In this document: positions 28,397 to 37,986 of the stretch, one piece after another
Layout of the letters: each line of letters opens with the position of its first letter
Position numbering within the stretch: position 1 is the stretch's first letter
IMG/VR virus record: IMGVR_UViG_3300023109_001684
Source: a virus
Length of the DNA stretch: 64,000 bases
Reading direction: 5' to 3' (one strand)
The notes under the pieces: model-generated
What the model was told of the DNA's origin: nothing
The model's database searches: none
What the model saw: the letters and a program-made list of their open reading frames with translations, nothing else
Translations under genes and position numbers: made by a program

Positions 28397-29029
28397 TTAA
28401 GTTGCGCCACCGCCGCCTGTTACTAGAGTATTAACTGTACGCCCAATTGCTGTACCAACTCCTGTACCTTGTGGTGACTGAATAGCATTATCATAACGTA
28501 TGTTTAACGAAATTGTAACAGCATCGTTAGTTGCATAGTTTAGTGTATTATAGTTTGCACTTTGTAGCATACAACCGTATAATTCCCAAGTTTCTAATAC
28601 ACCTACTTCATTTGCTCCGTTACCACCGTCTAAGATTTCAATACGTGATGTAAATTTGTAATCAATACCAGATGCTGCACTTGACTGTTCGAAAAAGTCG
28701 AATTGCTTCTGTAGCTGTTCGCCAACTAGTTTTGTTACGTTACCGTTTACGTCATCTCTAACGTTTAATGTGATTGGTTCCCAAGTATGCTTACCTGCTA
28801 GATAGCTTCTTGAGTTGTAAACATCTAAAGTAATTTCTTCAAACGTTACATTCGGTCTTGATACATCAACTACTTGTTTTGTAATTTCTGTTGTGTCAGC
28901 ACTTACACCAAAGTTTTCTAGCGAAACTCTAAAGCGATATTGCAATTTAGGCATTAGTAAGCCTTGGTTATTTGCACTTTGATCGCTTGCTAGTGGTACT
29001 GTGATTTTTGATAATGTTGAGATTGCCAT
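28397..29029 (-). CDS. 19: tail tube protein (gp19)
   Basis: YRFRV, AGKHTWEPIT..RDD, WELYGC and IRYDNA motifs; directly after the sheath gene. Confidence 0.88.
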   Translation of the reverse strand: MAISTLSKITVPLASDQSANNQGLLMPKLQYRFRVSLENFGVSADTTEITKQVVDVSRPNVTFEEITLDVYNSRSYLAGKHTWEPITLNVRDDVNGNVTKLVGEQLQKQFDFFEQSSAASGIDYKFTSRIEILDGGNGANEVGVLETWELYGCMLQSANYNTLNYATNDAVTISLNIRYDNAIQSPQGTGVGTAIGRTVNTLVTGGGGAT

Positions 29030-29064
29030 TTATATTTTCTCCTGTTACAAGTATTTAGCAAATT

Positions 29065-29088
29065 TAAGCCCCATATTTCAGGGGCTTA
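29065..29088. terminator. hairpin between sheath and tube genes
   Basis: TAAGCCCC-atatttca-GGGGCTTA, followed on the minus strand by late promoter GCTAAATA. Confidence 0.6.
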
Positions 29089-29093
29089 TTTTT

Positions 29094-32000
29094 TTAGCCT
29101 AGCCCTGCAATTTCTCCTGTATTTTTCAAACGTAGTGGAATGTAAATAAATTCTACTGCTTTGACTGGTTCAATTGCAATGTCTAGATAAAGTTCATTAC
29201 GATCAATTCTAGACGGTGTATTGTTTGACTCGTCACACACAACTAGGTAGTCGTATAATGCTCTTTGTCCAACTAGCTCTAAACACAAACTTTCTGCTGC
29301 ATTCTTAATTTGATCACGTGTGATCTTATCATTTGGTTCAAACAAGTAAGGCTTAGCTAGTTTGTTTAGCTGTGAGCGCATGTAGATAACCAAACGTGCT
29401 ACGTTGATTCTGTCTAGCGCACTTGCATTTCTTGCACGAGTCTTTTGACCAAATACAACTAATCCACTGCCGTTTAAGAATGTAATTGGGTTAACTGCAT
29501 TTGAATAAAGCGTATCACGCTGTCCTTCGTTTAATGCAACACTTACAAATTCGCCTTCATTACTAATGTAACCTGTTGCAGTTGCATTAGTTACTCCGCC
29601 ACGTCTTGTACCTGCTGGTGCAAACCATGGATAGCTAACTTGATCGCTTAGTGCAATAGTACGTAGTGCCATATGACTTGCAGGAACAACAACATTGTTA
29701 CCTACGTTATCACTTGTAAAGCCTGCTGGGTAGTAAACACCCATGTACTCATCAAAGCTAACTAAACCATCGTCGTTATCTTCAACTGCTTTGCGAATGT
29801 TTTGTCCCCACTCATTAAGTGAAGTAGCATCTGGTGTTAGTCTCATTGGACTGTCACCTACGATAAATGCACTTAGTCCACGATCGTAGTTTAGGCTTAC
29901 CATTTCACCAATTAGTTCTGGATAACCTGGTGTTGCCATTACATTAAAGATACGTGATTCGTCATCTCTAATATCATCATTACTGTTTAACATTCCTTGT
30001 AATGCTTTAACTACTACACTACGCTGTGCTTTACGTCCAAAGCTTCCTGCGCCATCTGCTTGGTTAGGAGACTCTGTAACCCAACGGTGTGGGTAGTATG
30101 CTGACATACTTACGTCACCTGCACGACCATTTTCACCTGTTAAGTCAATGTAATCACGCTCAAAACGCTTAACGTTAAATCCGCTTCTGCGTAAGTTCCA
30201 TAGCAACATACCTTTTGGATATAGTGCTGGGTCTGGAGCATCTGGATCTAAGTAATCGCTTGAAAGTAGATCTACAATTGTACCTACTGGAGCAACTGTA
30301 GCTGTACCGCCTGATGTACCATAACGTGCATCTGCAAACAGTACACCGTCTTCAGTAGTTTGGTCACCTGAGTCAACTAATACCCAACTTGCGTTTGAAT
30401 AACGATATACAGTTGGATAATTTTCAAGGTTACTTGTGTCAATCCATAAATCGTTATCTTGTAAGTTAGTTGCGCCATCTGATTGTCTAGTTGGTTCTGT
30501 TGCACTTACTAATGGACCATTAGCATCTGTACTTGGATACAATGTCTTATAGCCTACCCATGTAGTACCGTTGTGTACCAACATGTCAACTTCGTCAACA
30601 ACTGAACTGTACCACAATGCGCCGTCAGCTGCTAATGCTGCTGGTGCTGTGCCACTTGCTGTAAATGTAGATTTTTTCCAGTTACTTGCAGTTAATACAC
30701 TAGTTTCGTCTGTGTATAAGTGTGCTGTTGTACTTGGGCTGTTTGCAACAAATTCGCTAAATCCAGCATCGGACATAGTAGAATTTGTATCAGCTGTAAA
30801 TCTAATTTCACCGCCTTGTGCATGTGAAATTACAATTCTATTTTGTGAATCAACTACAGCACTTACATTTTCAAATCCTGCGCCGTTAATTGCACCTGCA
30901 AATAGTTCAGTATCGGATACAGAACCTGTACCACTAAATGATACTGCAATGCCTGTATTAAATGCAGTTGCTCCTGCATCTGATTCTGAAATTGTTACAC
31001 TGTATACTGTGCCGTTTCCAAATGATCCTGCAATTCTTGGTTGCCCAGTAATTGATGTTGCACCATTTTTAGAACGTGTATAAATTCGGAAGCTTGCTAG
31101 TGGCTCACCTACTTCTGTAACATTTGTTTTTACATAAGATGTTCCTGCTGGTAGATTAAATCCGCCGCCAGTTCTATCTAAGTTATATAATGCTGTAGCA
31201 TGATCTGAATGTAAAGATGCATTAACATCGTCAAATAATTCTGTTTCATCATTCCATACTTTAAATCTCCAACGTGCGCCTAAATTTGGTTCAGTAGTTT
31301 TAACCCATACACTGCCTGTTGGACGATTTTCTTCTGCTGTCTTAAATAGCGGAACAGATGTGTGCTTGCTAATTTGTAGTTCTGGTGATCTATATGCTCC
31401 AGCTGTAATACCAAGTATTGCGCCTAAACCAGCACTGTCTGCTACGTTAGCTACTTCGTCACTTGAACCGTCATTAAAAATAGCAATCTTGTTATCAACA
31501 ACTTGTAAACTAATTCCTGTACCAGCTAGTGCAGTATTACCACCTGTTACAATATCACCAAGTGTATCTGCTTCTGCAATTGTAACAACTGCTCCGCTTC
31601 CTGGTTGGATTGTAAGTGATGCACCATTTGAATTTGAAACACTTGGTGAACTTACTGTACCAGATACTACAGACCAACTAGCTTTCCAATTTGTAGAACC
31701 TAACTCAACCCATTGATTTGAAATTCCTAATCTTGTTGCTGTTGCTGCGTCAACTCTATAATATGCTTTTAGCAAATCAGTTGTTGCTTTAATTGCATAA
31801 CTGCCTACTGCGCCTTCGCTTTGCTTAGGAAATCCGTTTCCGTCAATTCTTGAAGCTTCGGTAATTACAATAGGTTGTTGTACACTAAATGACTGTCCGC
31901 CTGTTGTTCCTGCTGCTGAGCCGTTCCATGCAAAAATGCCATAGTTACTAGCGTCAGTGTCTAGCCAATAAGTGCCAGATACTGGATTAGCAGTTGGTTC

Positions 32001-32372
32001 GTCTGCTTGTGGATTAATTGCTCCCAAGTCAACATCGGCTCTAGTTACATATACTCTGCTGCTTATTCCTAATATAGAATATGCTGCTTGTAAACCGTAT
32101 TCGTTTAGTTCGCCGCCGTGTACTGGGTTGTTATTAGCGTCTGTATAGAACGTTGGGTCTCCGAACGTTTCTGCTAACTCTCTTTGTGATGTAAGCAAGT
32201 ATGGTTTACCTGCGTTTGCTGCCAGTGTTCCTGGTGCTGTGCCTGTGCCGCTGCCGTTAATTTTATTACTTGCAGAAGCTACAAAAATCATTGGTACAGT
32301 GCCTGGTTCGGCCGGCGTGTAAAAACTTTCATCAATTACACTAACCTGTACTCCTGGTGATACTAAAGCCAT
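29094..32372 (-). CDS. 18: tail sheath protein (gp18), enlarged
   Basis: SPGV N-terminus, FGDP, PWFAPAG..RG, GQKT...SALDRINVARL, VCDESNNT and P.KAVEFI motifs. Confidence 0.95.
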   Translation of the reverse strand: MALVSPGVQVSVIDESFYTPAEPGTVPMIFVASASNKINGSGTGTAPGTLAANAGKPYLLTSQRELAETFGDPTFYTDANNNPVHGGELNEYGLQAAYSILGISSRVYVTRADVDLGAINPQADEPTANPVSGTYWLDTDASNYGIFAWNGSAAGTTGGQSFSVQQPIVITEASRIDGNGFPKQSEGAVGSYAIKATTDLLKAYYRVDAATATRLGISNQWVELGSTNWKASWSVVSGTVSSPSVSNSNGASLTIQPGSGAVVTIAEADTLGDIVTGGNTALAGTGISLQVVDNKIAIFNDGSSDEVANVADSAGLGAILGITAGAYRSPELQISKHTSVPLFKTAEENRPTGSVWVKTTEPNLGARWRFKVWNDETELFDDVNASLHSDHATALYNLDRTGGGFNLPAGTSYVKTNVTEVGEPLASFRIYTRSKNGATSITGQPRIAGSFGNGTVYSVTISESDAGATAFNTGIAVSFSGTGSVSDTELFAGAINGAGFENVSAVVDSQNRIVISHAQGGEIRFTADTNSTMSDAGFSEFVANSPSTTAHLYTDETSVLTASNWKKSTFTASGTAPAALAADGALWYSSVVDEVDMLVHNGTTWVGYKTLYPSTDANGPLVSATEPTRQSDGATNLQDNDLWIDTSNLENYPTVYRYSNASWVLVDSGDQTTEDGVLFADARYGTSGGTATVAPVGTIVDLLSSDYLDPDAPDPALYPKGMLLWNLRRSGFNVKRFERDYIDLTGENGRAGDVSMSAYYPHRWVTESPNQADGAGSFGRKAQRSVVVKALQGMLNSNDDIRDDESRIFNVMATPGYPELIGEMVSLNYDRGLSAFIVGDSPMRLTPDATSLNEWGQNIRKAVEDNDDGLVSFDEYMGVYYPAGFTSDNVGNNVVVPASHMALRTIALSDQVSYPWFAPAGTRRGGVTNATATGYISNEGEFVSVALNEGQRDTLYSNAVNPITFLNGSGLVVFGQKTRARNASALDRINVARLVIYMRSQLNKLAKPYLFEPNDKITRDQIKNAAESLCLELVGQRALYDYLVVCDESNNTPSRIDRNELYLDIAIEPVKAVEFIYIPLRLKNTGEIAGLG

Positions 32373-32404
32373 TTGTGTTCTCCTATATGGGTTGTTGTTA
32401 GTAG

Positions 32405-32475
32405 TATTTAGCGTATACTAAACAAAACCCCTTGATAAACACCCTGAAAAAGGGACCGAAAAGGGCAGCTAAATA
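32405..32475. promoter_or_regulatory. divergent late promoters (sheath / HNH gene)
   Basis: TATTTAGC at 32405-32412 (-) and GCTAAATA at 32468-32475 (+). Confidence 0.65.
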
Positions 32476-32480
32476 TGAGT

Positions 32481-32822
32481 ATGCGTCCATTATGTAAAAA
32501 ATGTAAGAAAAAACCTTCTGCGATCAACTATCACAAAGATAATAGAACATTCTACCGAAGTATGTGCGAAAGTTGTTGCCGTACAGGCGGAGGAGCCAAA
32601 GGTATTCCTCGATGGCAAGAGAATGGTTATATTAAAAAGTCTAAATGTGAGAAATGCGGATTCAGTAGTAGAAACGAAAAACAGTTTGATGTTTATCACA
32701 TAGACGGCAGATTAGATAATTGTCGTCCTAGTAATTTAAAAACTATTTGTGCTAACTGTCAAAGAGTCCTACAGGATGAGGAAGTCCGTTGGCGTCAAGG
32801 TGACCTAATCCCCGATCTTTAA
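32481..32822 (+). CDS. Zn-binding HNH-like endonuclease
   Basis: CxxC pairs and YHIDG..DNC..SNL..ICANC. Start placed at the second Met (TAAATA-N5-ATG). Confidence 0.75.
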   Translation: MRPLCKKCKKKPSAINYHKDNRTFYRSMCESCCRTGGGAKGIPRWQENGYIKKSKCEKCGFSSRNEKQFDVYHIDGRLDNCRPSNLKTICANCQRVLQDEEVRWRQGDLIPDL

Positions 32823-33318
32823 ATTCTATATGATCTATTAGGCTACACACATTAAATTCTAATTCATCAATATCGCCATTGTTGTCAATAGTATAGTCCG
32901 ACATCCATTGTTCTAAACTCATACTATCTTTTGATTCAGGAGGTAGATGATCTGATCTGTCAACCCAAATACAGTAGTCAAACACACCTGTGTTTTGCAT
33001 TGCAAAGAATTCACGCTTATTACGTAGTCCACAATATATGTCAAACTCGTTAAACATTGCTCGTCCTAACCGAGCAGCATCGCCCTTATTATAATCACAA
33101 ATAGCATTATACCACTCTGCTCGGTGATTATGCCTATCTGCATAGCATTCTTCTTCGGTAGTATAATTGTACTTGTCTTTTAAATCATTATAGATAAAAA
33201 GTTTAGAGCAGAATTGACTGCTTGATTCAAATGTGTATCCAAATTTATCACGTAAAATTTCGCATACAGTATCTTTGCCGTGGCGGCCGTGTCCAATAAC
33301 TAATAGTTTAGGTAACAT
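32752..33318 (-). CDS. deoxynucleoside monophosphate kinase (gp1-like)
   Basis: IGHGRHGKDT P-loop and G.R..RE motif; adjacent to the neck genes. Confidence 0.75.
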   Translation of the reverse strand: MLPKLLVIGHGRHGKDTVCEILRDKFGYTFESSSQFCSKLFIYNDLKDKYNYTTEEECYADRHNHRAEWYNAICDYNKGDAARLGRAMFNEFDIYCGLRNKREFFAMQNTGVFDYCIWVDRSDHLPPESKDSMSLEQWMSDYTIDNNGDIDELEFNVCSLIDHIEFKDRGLGHLDANGLPHPVGLFDS

Positions 33319-33341
33319 GCATATATCTCCAATGTCTTTAC

Positions 33342-33370
33342 AGTATATGCTATTTTTAGTTATTTGTCAA
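33342..33370 (-). promoter_or_regulatory. sigma70-type promoter for the dNMP kinase
   Basis: TTGACA-17 nt-TATACT. Confidence 0.8.
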
Positions 33371-33378
33371 GTATTTTT

Positions 33379-34140
33379 TTATCCAATTAAGAAACCGTAG
33401 CCAGTTCCGCCCGGTACTGCTTGACTAACTTCTAGTTCTAACTTATCCATCTCTTGCTGAGCTTCAGCTTTTAGTGAATCACCATTAAGACTTGTACCGC
33501 CTTGTGGTCCTGCAATAGTAGCAAACTTTGAACGTGCTTCGCCTAGCATATATTTACAACCTGCTAGTGTATAATCTTTAATCCATTGTTTCGCAAGATA
33601 GTCGTTTAGTAATTCTGAATCAGGACGATAGTTGTAAGCGTATAATAATACATTTTCGTTTGCTCTTGGACGCTGTAATATAGTTAATTTTTTAGTAGTG
33701 TTATTCCAAGTAAACTCTATAAATGCGCCGAACATACGTCCTACTAATTCTTGATACCCTGCAAACATTTCATACGTAGCAAGCCCGCCCATTTGACTTG
33801 ATCCACTTAAAAGGTATGTGTTTGTATAAGCAAGGTTAAACGGTTCGTGTAAACTTCCGCCGTCTCCACCGCCTGTACGTGAACCAATACTTCTACGATA
33901 GACTTTACGGATTTCCATCACTTCACTTGGTAATATATAATCGTTTTGATCTTCAACTAAATCTAGAAATAAGTAACTTTCTTCTACACTTGCATCACTG
34001 CGTTGTCTAAAACGTGTAAGTGCCTTGGTCAATGCTGTGTCATAGTGGATAGGATCAAGTTCAACATCGACCATTCCTCCGCCTAAGAATGCATTAACGT
34101 AATCAAATATTTCTTGTTTTTGTGTTTGTAAATTTGCCAT
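33379..34140 (-). CDS. 13: neck protein (gp13)
   Basis: LG...VDVEL, WIKDY.LA..K..LG..RSKF...GP.GG..LNG..L..EA and C-terminal F.IG motifs. Confidence 0.9.
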   Translation of the reverse strand: MANLQTQKQEIFDYVNAFLGGGMVDVELDPIHYDTALTKALTRFRQRSDASVEESYLFLDLVEDQNDYILPSEVMEIRKVYRRSIGSRTGGGDGGSLHEPFNLAYTNTYLLSGSSQMGGLATYEMFAGYQELVGRMFGAFIEFTWNNTTKKLTILQRPRANENVLLYAYNYRPDSELLNDYLAKQWIKDYTLAGCKYMLGEARSKFATIAGPQGGTSLNGDSLKAEAQQEMDKLELEVSQAVPGGTGYGFLIG

Positions 34141-34158
34141 GTGATGTTCTCCGTATAG

Positions 34159-34191
34159 TATTTATCGTAGTTGCTATCGTTACGATAAATA
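34159..34191. promoter_or_regulatory. back-to-back late promoters forming a perfect 11-bp inverted repeat
   Basis: TATTTATCGTA (34159-34169) / TACGATAAATA (34181-34191). Confidence 0.75.
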
Positions 34192-34196
34192 TGTAT

Positions 34197-35420
34197 ATGC
34201 CAAGATTAAGTTTATATAAACCCCAAAGGGGAAATGATTACAAGTTTATGGACAATAGAGTCTATGAAATGTTTACCATCGGCGGTACTGATGTGAATAT
34301 ACACAAGTACATAGGTACTGATGACGGTGAATCTGTAAAAGATCACACCCAAATACAAGACATACTTTTCTTAGAAAATAGAGACCGAAAATACGATCCA
34401 GACATATACACAATACGTTGTGTCTATAATGTACAGGATATTGATTTTGATTTAAGTCAATTTGGGTTATTTTTAAGTAATGATACACTGTTTATGACTA
34501 TTCATATTACAAGAAGTGTTGCTGCTCTTGGAAGAAAAATTATGAGCGGCGATGTTATTGAATTGCCGCACTTACTAGACGAACATGCCGAAAATGATTT
34601 TGCTACAAGTTTGAAAAGATACTATGTAGTAGAAGATGTTAATCGTGCAGCAGAAGGTTTTTCTCCTACATGGTATCCTCACTTATATAGACTTAAATTA
34701 AAACAGTTAGTTGACTCGCAAGAATTTGCAGATGTGTTAGTACGTCCTGAAGATGATGATATTTTTATAGGTGATTACGATAGTAGCATAACATACGAAA
34801 TTGGGCAAGTTGTAAAATATAAAGGAAAATTGTATAAAGCAACGGCTCAAACTATTGGTAATACTCCTACTGATGTTTTTAATTGGGGCGAATATACTGA
34901 GAATACTTTGAGAGATCTTTTAAGTACATACGAAAATGAAATGCAAATAAACAATGCTGTACTTTCAGAAGCAGAAGCAGACGCTCCGGAAAGCGGATTT
35001 GATATTTCTCATTATTATACTCTTGCTGTAGACGAAAACGGAAGAACACAAGTTGATACTGTAGAAGATCCAAATGCCAGTAGGCCAGACAGATCAGGTT
35101 ATGCAGGATATTTGGTGTCTGGTGATTCTCCTCCTAATGGTACAGCATTTGGTAGTGGTACTTCTTTTCCTAATATTAACGAAAAAGACGATTATTTTTT
35201 AAGGACTGATTATCTGCCTAATAGACTATTTAAATATGACGGATCTAGATGGATGAAAGTAGGTGACGATGTACGCATGACAATGACTAACGGCGTAAAT
35301 CGACAAACACTTAAAGGAAAATTTATCAATAATGTTAAAACAAATAATATCGGTGGCGAAGCTGTACAAGAAAGACAATCTCTTAGTAAAGCACTTAGGC
35401 CTAAGGCGGATGATGTATAA
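34197..35420 (+). CDS. 14: neck/head-closure protein (gp14-like) with CBM-like insertion
   Basis: LFLENRDRKY, LSQFGLF and GDVIELP motifs; lies between gp13 and gp15. Start MPRLSL. Confidence 0.75.
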   Translation: MPRLSLYKPQRGNDYKFMDNRVYEMFTIGGTDVNIHKYIGTDDGESVKDHTQIQDILFLENRDRKYDPDIYTIRCVYNVQDIDFDLSQFGLFLSNDTLFMTIHITRSVAALGRKIMSGDVIELPHLLDEHAENDFATSLKRYYVVEDVNRAAEGFSPTWYPHLYRLKLKQLVDSQEFADVLVRPEDDDIFIGDYDSSITYEIGQVVKYKGKLYKATAQTIGNTPTDVFNWGEYTENTLRDLLSTYENEMQINNAVLSEAEADAPESGFDISHYYTLAVDENGRTQVDTVEDPNASRPDRSGYAGYLVSGDSPPNGTAFGSGTSFPNINEKDDYFLRTDYLPNRLFKYDGSRWMKVGDDVRMTMTNGVNRQTLKGKFINNVKTNNIGGEAVQERQSLSKALRPKADDV

Positions 35421-36907
35421 TGCAATATTTTTATGATGGACAAATTAGACGCTATATTACTCAAATGGTGCGTTTATTAAGTAATTTCAATGTAAGTGAT
35501 TCACATAATAATCTTACACAAATACCTGTAATGTACGGAGACTTAACTAGACAAGTAGCTAATATTATTCGAGACAATAGTGAAAATAAAATTCCTAGTG
35601 TGCCAAGAATTGCAGTATATGTAACTGGTTTAGAAATGGATCGCGAAAGAACAGGTGATAGTAGTTTTGTAAACAAAATAAGTGTTAGAGAACGGGCATA
35701 TGATTCTACAAATGAAGAATATTTAAATACACAAGGTAAAAACTATACTGTTGAAAGATTGATGCCAAGTCCTTATACACTAAGATTACAAGCTGATATA
35801 TGGGCAAGTAATACCGAACAAAAATTACAGATATTAGAACAAATACTTGTACTGTTTAATCCTAGCTTTGAAATACAAACAACAGACAATTATCTTGACT
35901 GGACTAGTTTAAGCGTTGTAAATTTAGACAATGTAACCTTTAGTAGTCGTAGTATTCCTGTAGGAGTCGACTCCGAAATTGATGTTGCAAACATGCAATT
36001 TAGTACTCCTATATATCTAACTCCTCCTGCAAAAGTAAAACGCCTTGGCGTGGTTACAAATATTATTACAAGTATATTCAACGAAGACACTGGAAGTATT
36101 AATTTAGGATTAACGCTAGATGGTGTTGAACCTATATTTGAATCAACAAGAACAGAAGTAGGCGAAGACGGTGAAGAAGAAAGAATTGTTGATGACGGAC
36201 AATTTCCTAATGACGGGACTGGTGTTATGGATATCAGTGCAGAGTATAGATGGGCAGGTCTAACATCTAGCTCAACATATCGTAATTACGGATTAAATGT
36301 CATCGGTAGTGAAGCAGAAGTAGTATATAGAGGTACATCAGGAGAAGTTACATTTACTGAACTATTAGACACTATTCCAGGTACATATACAGCAGATGTA
36401 AGTAAAATATATCTAAAAACAGATGACTCAGATAATTATGTAATTGGCACAATTACAATAAATGCTTTAGATAATACAAAATTATCTATTAACTTTGACA
36501 ACGACACATTACCTAACGATACTGTTATTACCGGGCCTACTGGAGATAGAGCTAGTATTGATTATATAATTGATCCGTTACGTTTTGATCCTAATCAAGA
36601 CAAATCAGTAGGTATAAGAATATTATTACTTGGAGCCATCGGCGACGATGACAATCAAGACGGTGCAGATGCTTGGAAAAATACAGACGGTACTGACTTT
36701 GTAGCACAAGAAAATGATATTGTAGAATGGGACGGATCTAGATGGCATATAATATTTGATAGTAATGTTGACGACAGTACAACTATCTATACAAGTAATC
36801 TTACATCTGGTATACAATATAAATGGGATAATGCTAACAAATACTGGGTAAGGTCTTACGAAGGTGAGTATTATCCCGGAACATGGACATTCATATTAGA
36901 TGCCTAA
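35420..36907 (+). CDS. 15: tail sheath stabiliser/terminator (gp15-like), C-terminally extended
   Basis: YFYD.QIRRY, PVMYG, MPSPY and QILEQIL.LFNP motifs. Confidence 0.88.
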   Translation: MQYFYDGQIRRYITQMVRLLSNFNVSDSHNNLTQIPVMYGDLTRQVANIIRDNSENKIPSVPRIAVYVTGLEMDRERTGDSSFVNKISVRERAYDSTNEEYLNTQGKNYTVERLMPSPYTLRLQADIWASNTEQKLQILEQILVLFNPSFEIQTTDNYLDWTSLSVVNLDNVTFSSRSIPVGVDSEIDVANMQFSTPIYLTPPAKVKRLGVVTNIITSIFNEDTGSINLGLTLDGVEPIFESTRTEVGEDGEEERIVDDGQFPNDGTGVMDISAEYRWAGLTSSSTYRNYGLNVIGSEAEVVYRGTSGEVTFTELLDTIPGTYTADVSKIYLKTDDSDNYVIGTITINALDNTKLSINFDNDTLPNDTVITGPTGDRASIDYIIDPLRFDPNQDKSVGIRILLLGAIGDDDNQDGADAWKNTDGTDFVAQENDIVEWDGSRWHIIFDSNVDDSTTIYTSNLTSGIQYKWDNANKYWVRSYEGEYYPGTWTFILDA

Positions 36908-36934
36908 CCTACATATTTTTCTATAACTAATTAT

Positions 36935-37378
36935 ATGAAGGACATTATTTGTAGTGGTGCATTACTATATGCACTTAACACTAAACGATTTTTATTTTTG
37001 CATCGTGCTAAAGGCAAGCACAAAGATCTTTGGGGATTAGTAGGTGGTACTAGTGAGCTCGGAGAGACTCCTTGGTCTGCATTACAACGTGAAATACAAG
37101 AAGAAATTGGCAACGTTGATGTTGTTAAAACAATACCGTTAGAAAGTTTTGTCAGTAATGATAACGCCTTCCATTTTCATACATATCTCGGAATAGTCGA
37201 ACAAGAATTTTTACCTAATCTAAATGACGAACACACTGGTTATGCGTGGGTTGAATTAGGAAAGTGGCCTAAGAGCTTACACCACGGGCTACGTAATACT
37301 TTACAAAACAAAACAATACAATCTAAACTTAAAACTGTTATAGATGTAATAAACTTATTAGAGAAAAATAATGGATAA
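36935..37378 (+). CDS. Nudix hydrolase
   Basis: Nudix box GGTSELGETPWSALQREIQEEIG. Confidence 0.9.
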   Translation: MKDIICSGALLYALNTKRFLFLHRAKGKHKDLWGLVGGTSELGETPWSALQREIQEEIGNVDVVKTIPLESFVSNDNAFHFHTYLGIVEQEFLPNLNDEHTGYAWVELGKWPKSLHHGLRNTLQNKTIQSKLKTVIDVINLLEKNNG

Positions 37379-37727
37379 TATTAAAGAAACTACTTATGGC
37401 TATGAAATATGCTGGGCAACTACTGAAAATTATTCAGGAAAAATACTTATCTTTAATAGACCGATAAAAACTGATTTAGCATTTCATAAAGAAAGACAAA
37501 AATCATGGTTTATAAATTCAGGCGATTTTAGAATTAGATGGATAGATACTGCTGACGGTAAACTCTACGAAAAACAAGTAAAAGAAGGTAGTGTATTCCA
37601 TGTTGATCCGTTAACTCCTGTTAGTATTGAATCTCTCACTAGTGACGGAAGTATTGCAGAAGTAAGTACTCCAGAAAAAGATAATGACACATGCTGTGTT
37701 ATACCTTCGCAGAATATTGGAGATTAA
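37371..37727 (+). CDS. cupin-like protein (degenerate metal site)
   Basis: YGYEICW...YSGKIL...FHKERQKSW...G pattern. Confidence 0.6.
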   Translation: MDNIKETTYGYEICWATTENYSGKILIFNRPIKTDLAFHKERQKSWFINSGDFRIRWIDTADGKLYEKQVKEGSVFHVDPLTPVSIESLTSDGSIAEVSTPEKDNDTCCVIPSQNIGD

Positions 37728-37728
37728 T

Positions 37729-37986
37729 ATGTTTCCAAAGTTACAAGAAAACAACAAAGTCCAAAAAGAGTTAAAAAAGTTTGATGCAGCTATTAAACAA
37801 ATAAAAAATATTCACGTTAAAAACTCGGCAGCAAACTTGTTACAAGAATTAAAAAACGAATATGAAATTATTGACGGATCTTTTTTAGGAACAAACGGTC
37901 CGGTAACTCCTGGCGTAGCAAGAGAATCTGCAATGAAAACAATGGATTTGCGTAGTAAACTTAATAGTCTGTTAAAGCGACGATAG
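37729..37986 (+). CDS. hypothetical helical protein
   Basis: Start moved to MFPKL after a GGAGA SD. Confidence 0.6.
   Translation: MFPKLQENNKVQKELKKFDAAIKQIKNIHVKNSAANLLQELKNEYEIIDGSFLGTNGPVTPGVARESAMKTMDLRSKLNSLLKRR

Noticed and set aside
32413-32467. Quasi-symmetric ACCC/AAAGGG runs between divergent promoters as an origin or operator
   Set aside because: Too short and imperfect to support a call.
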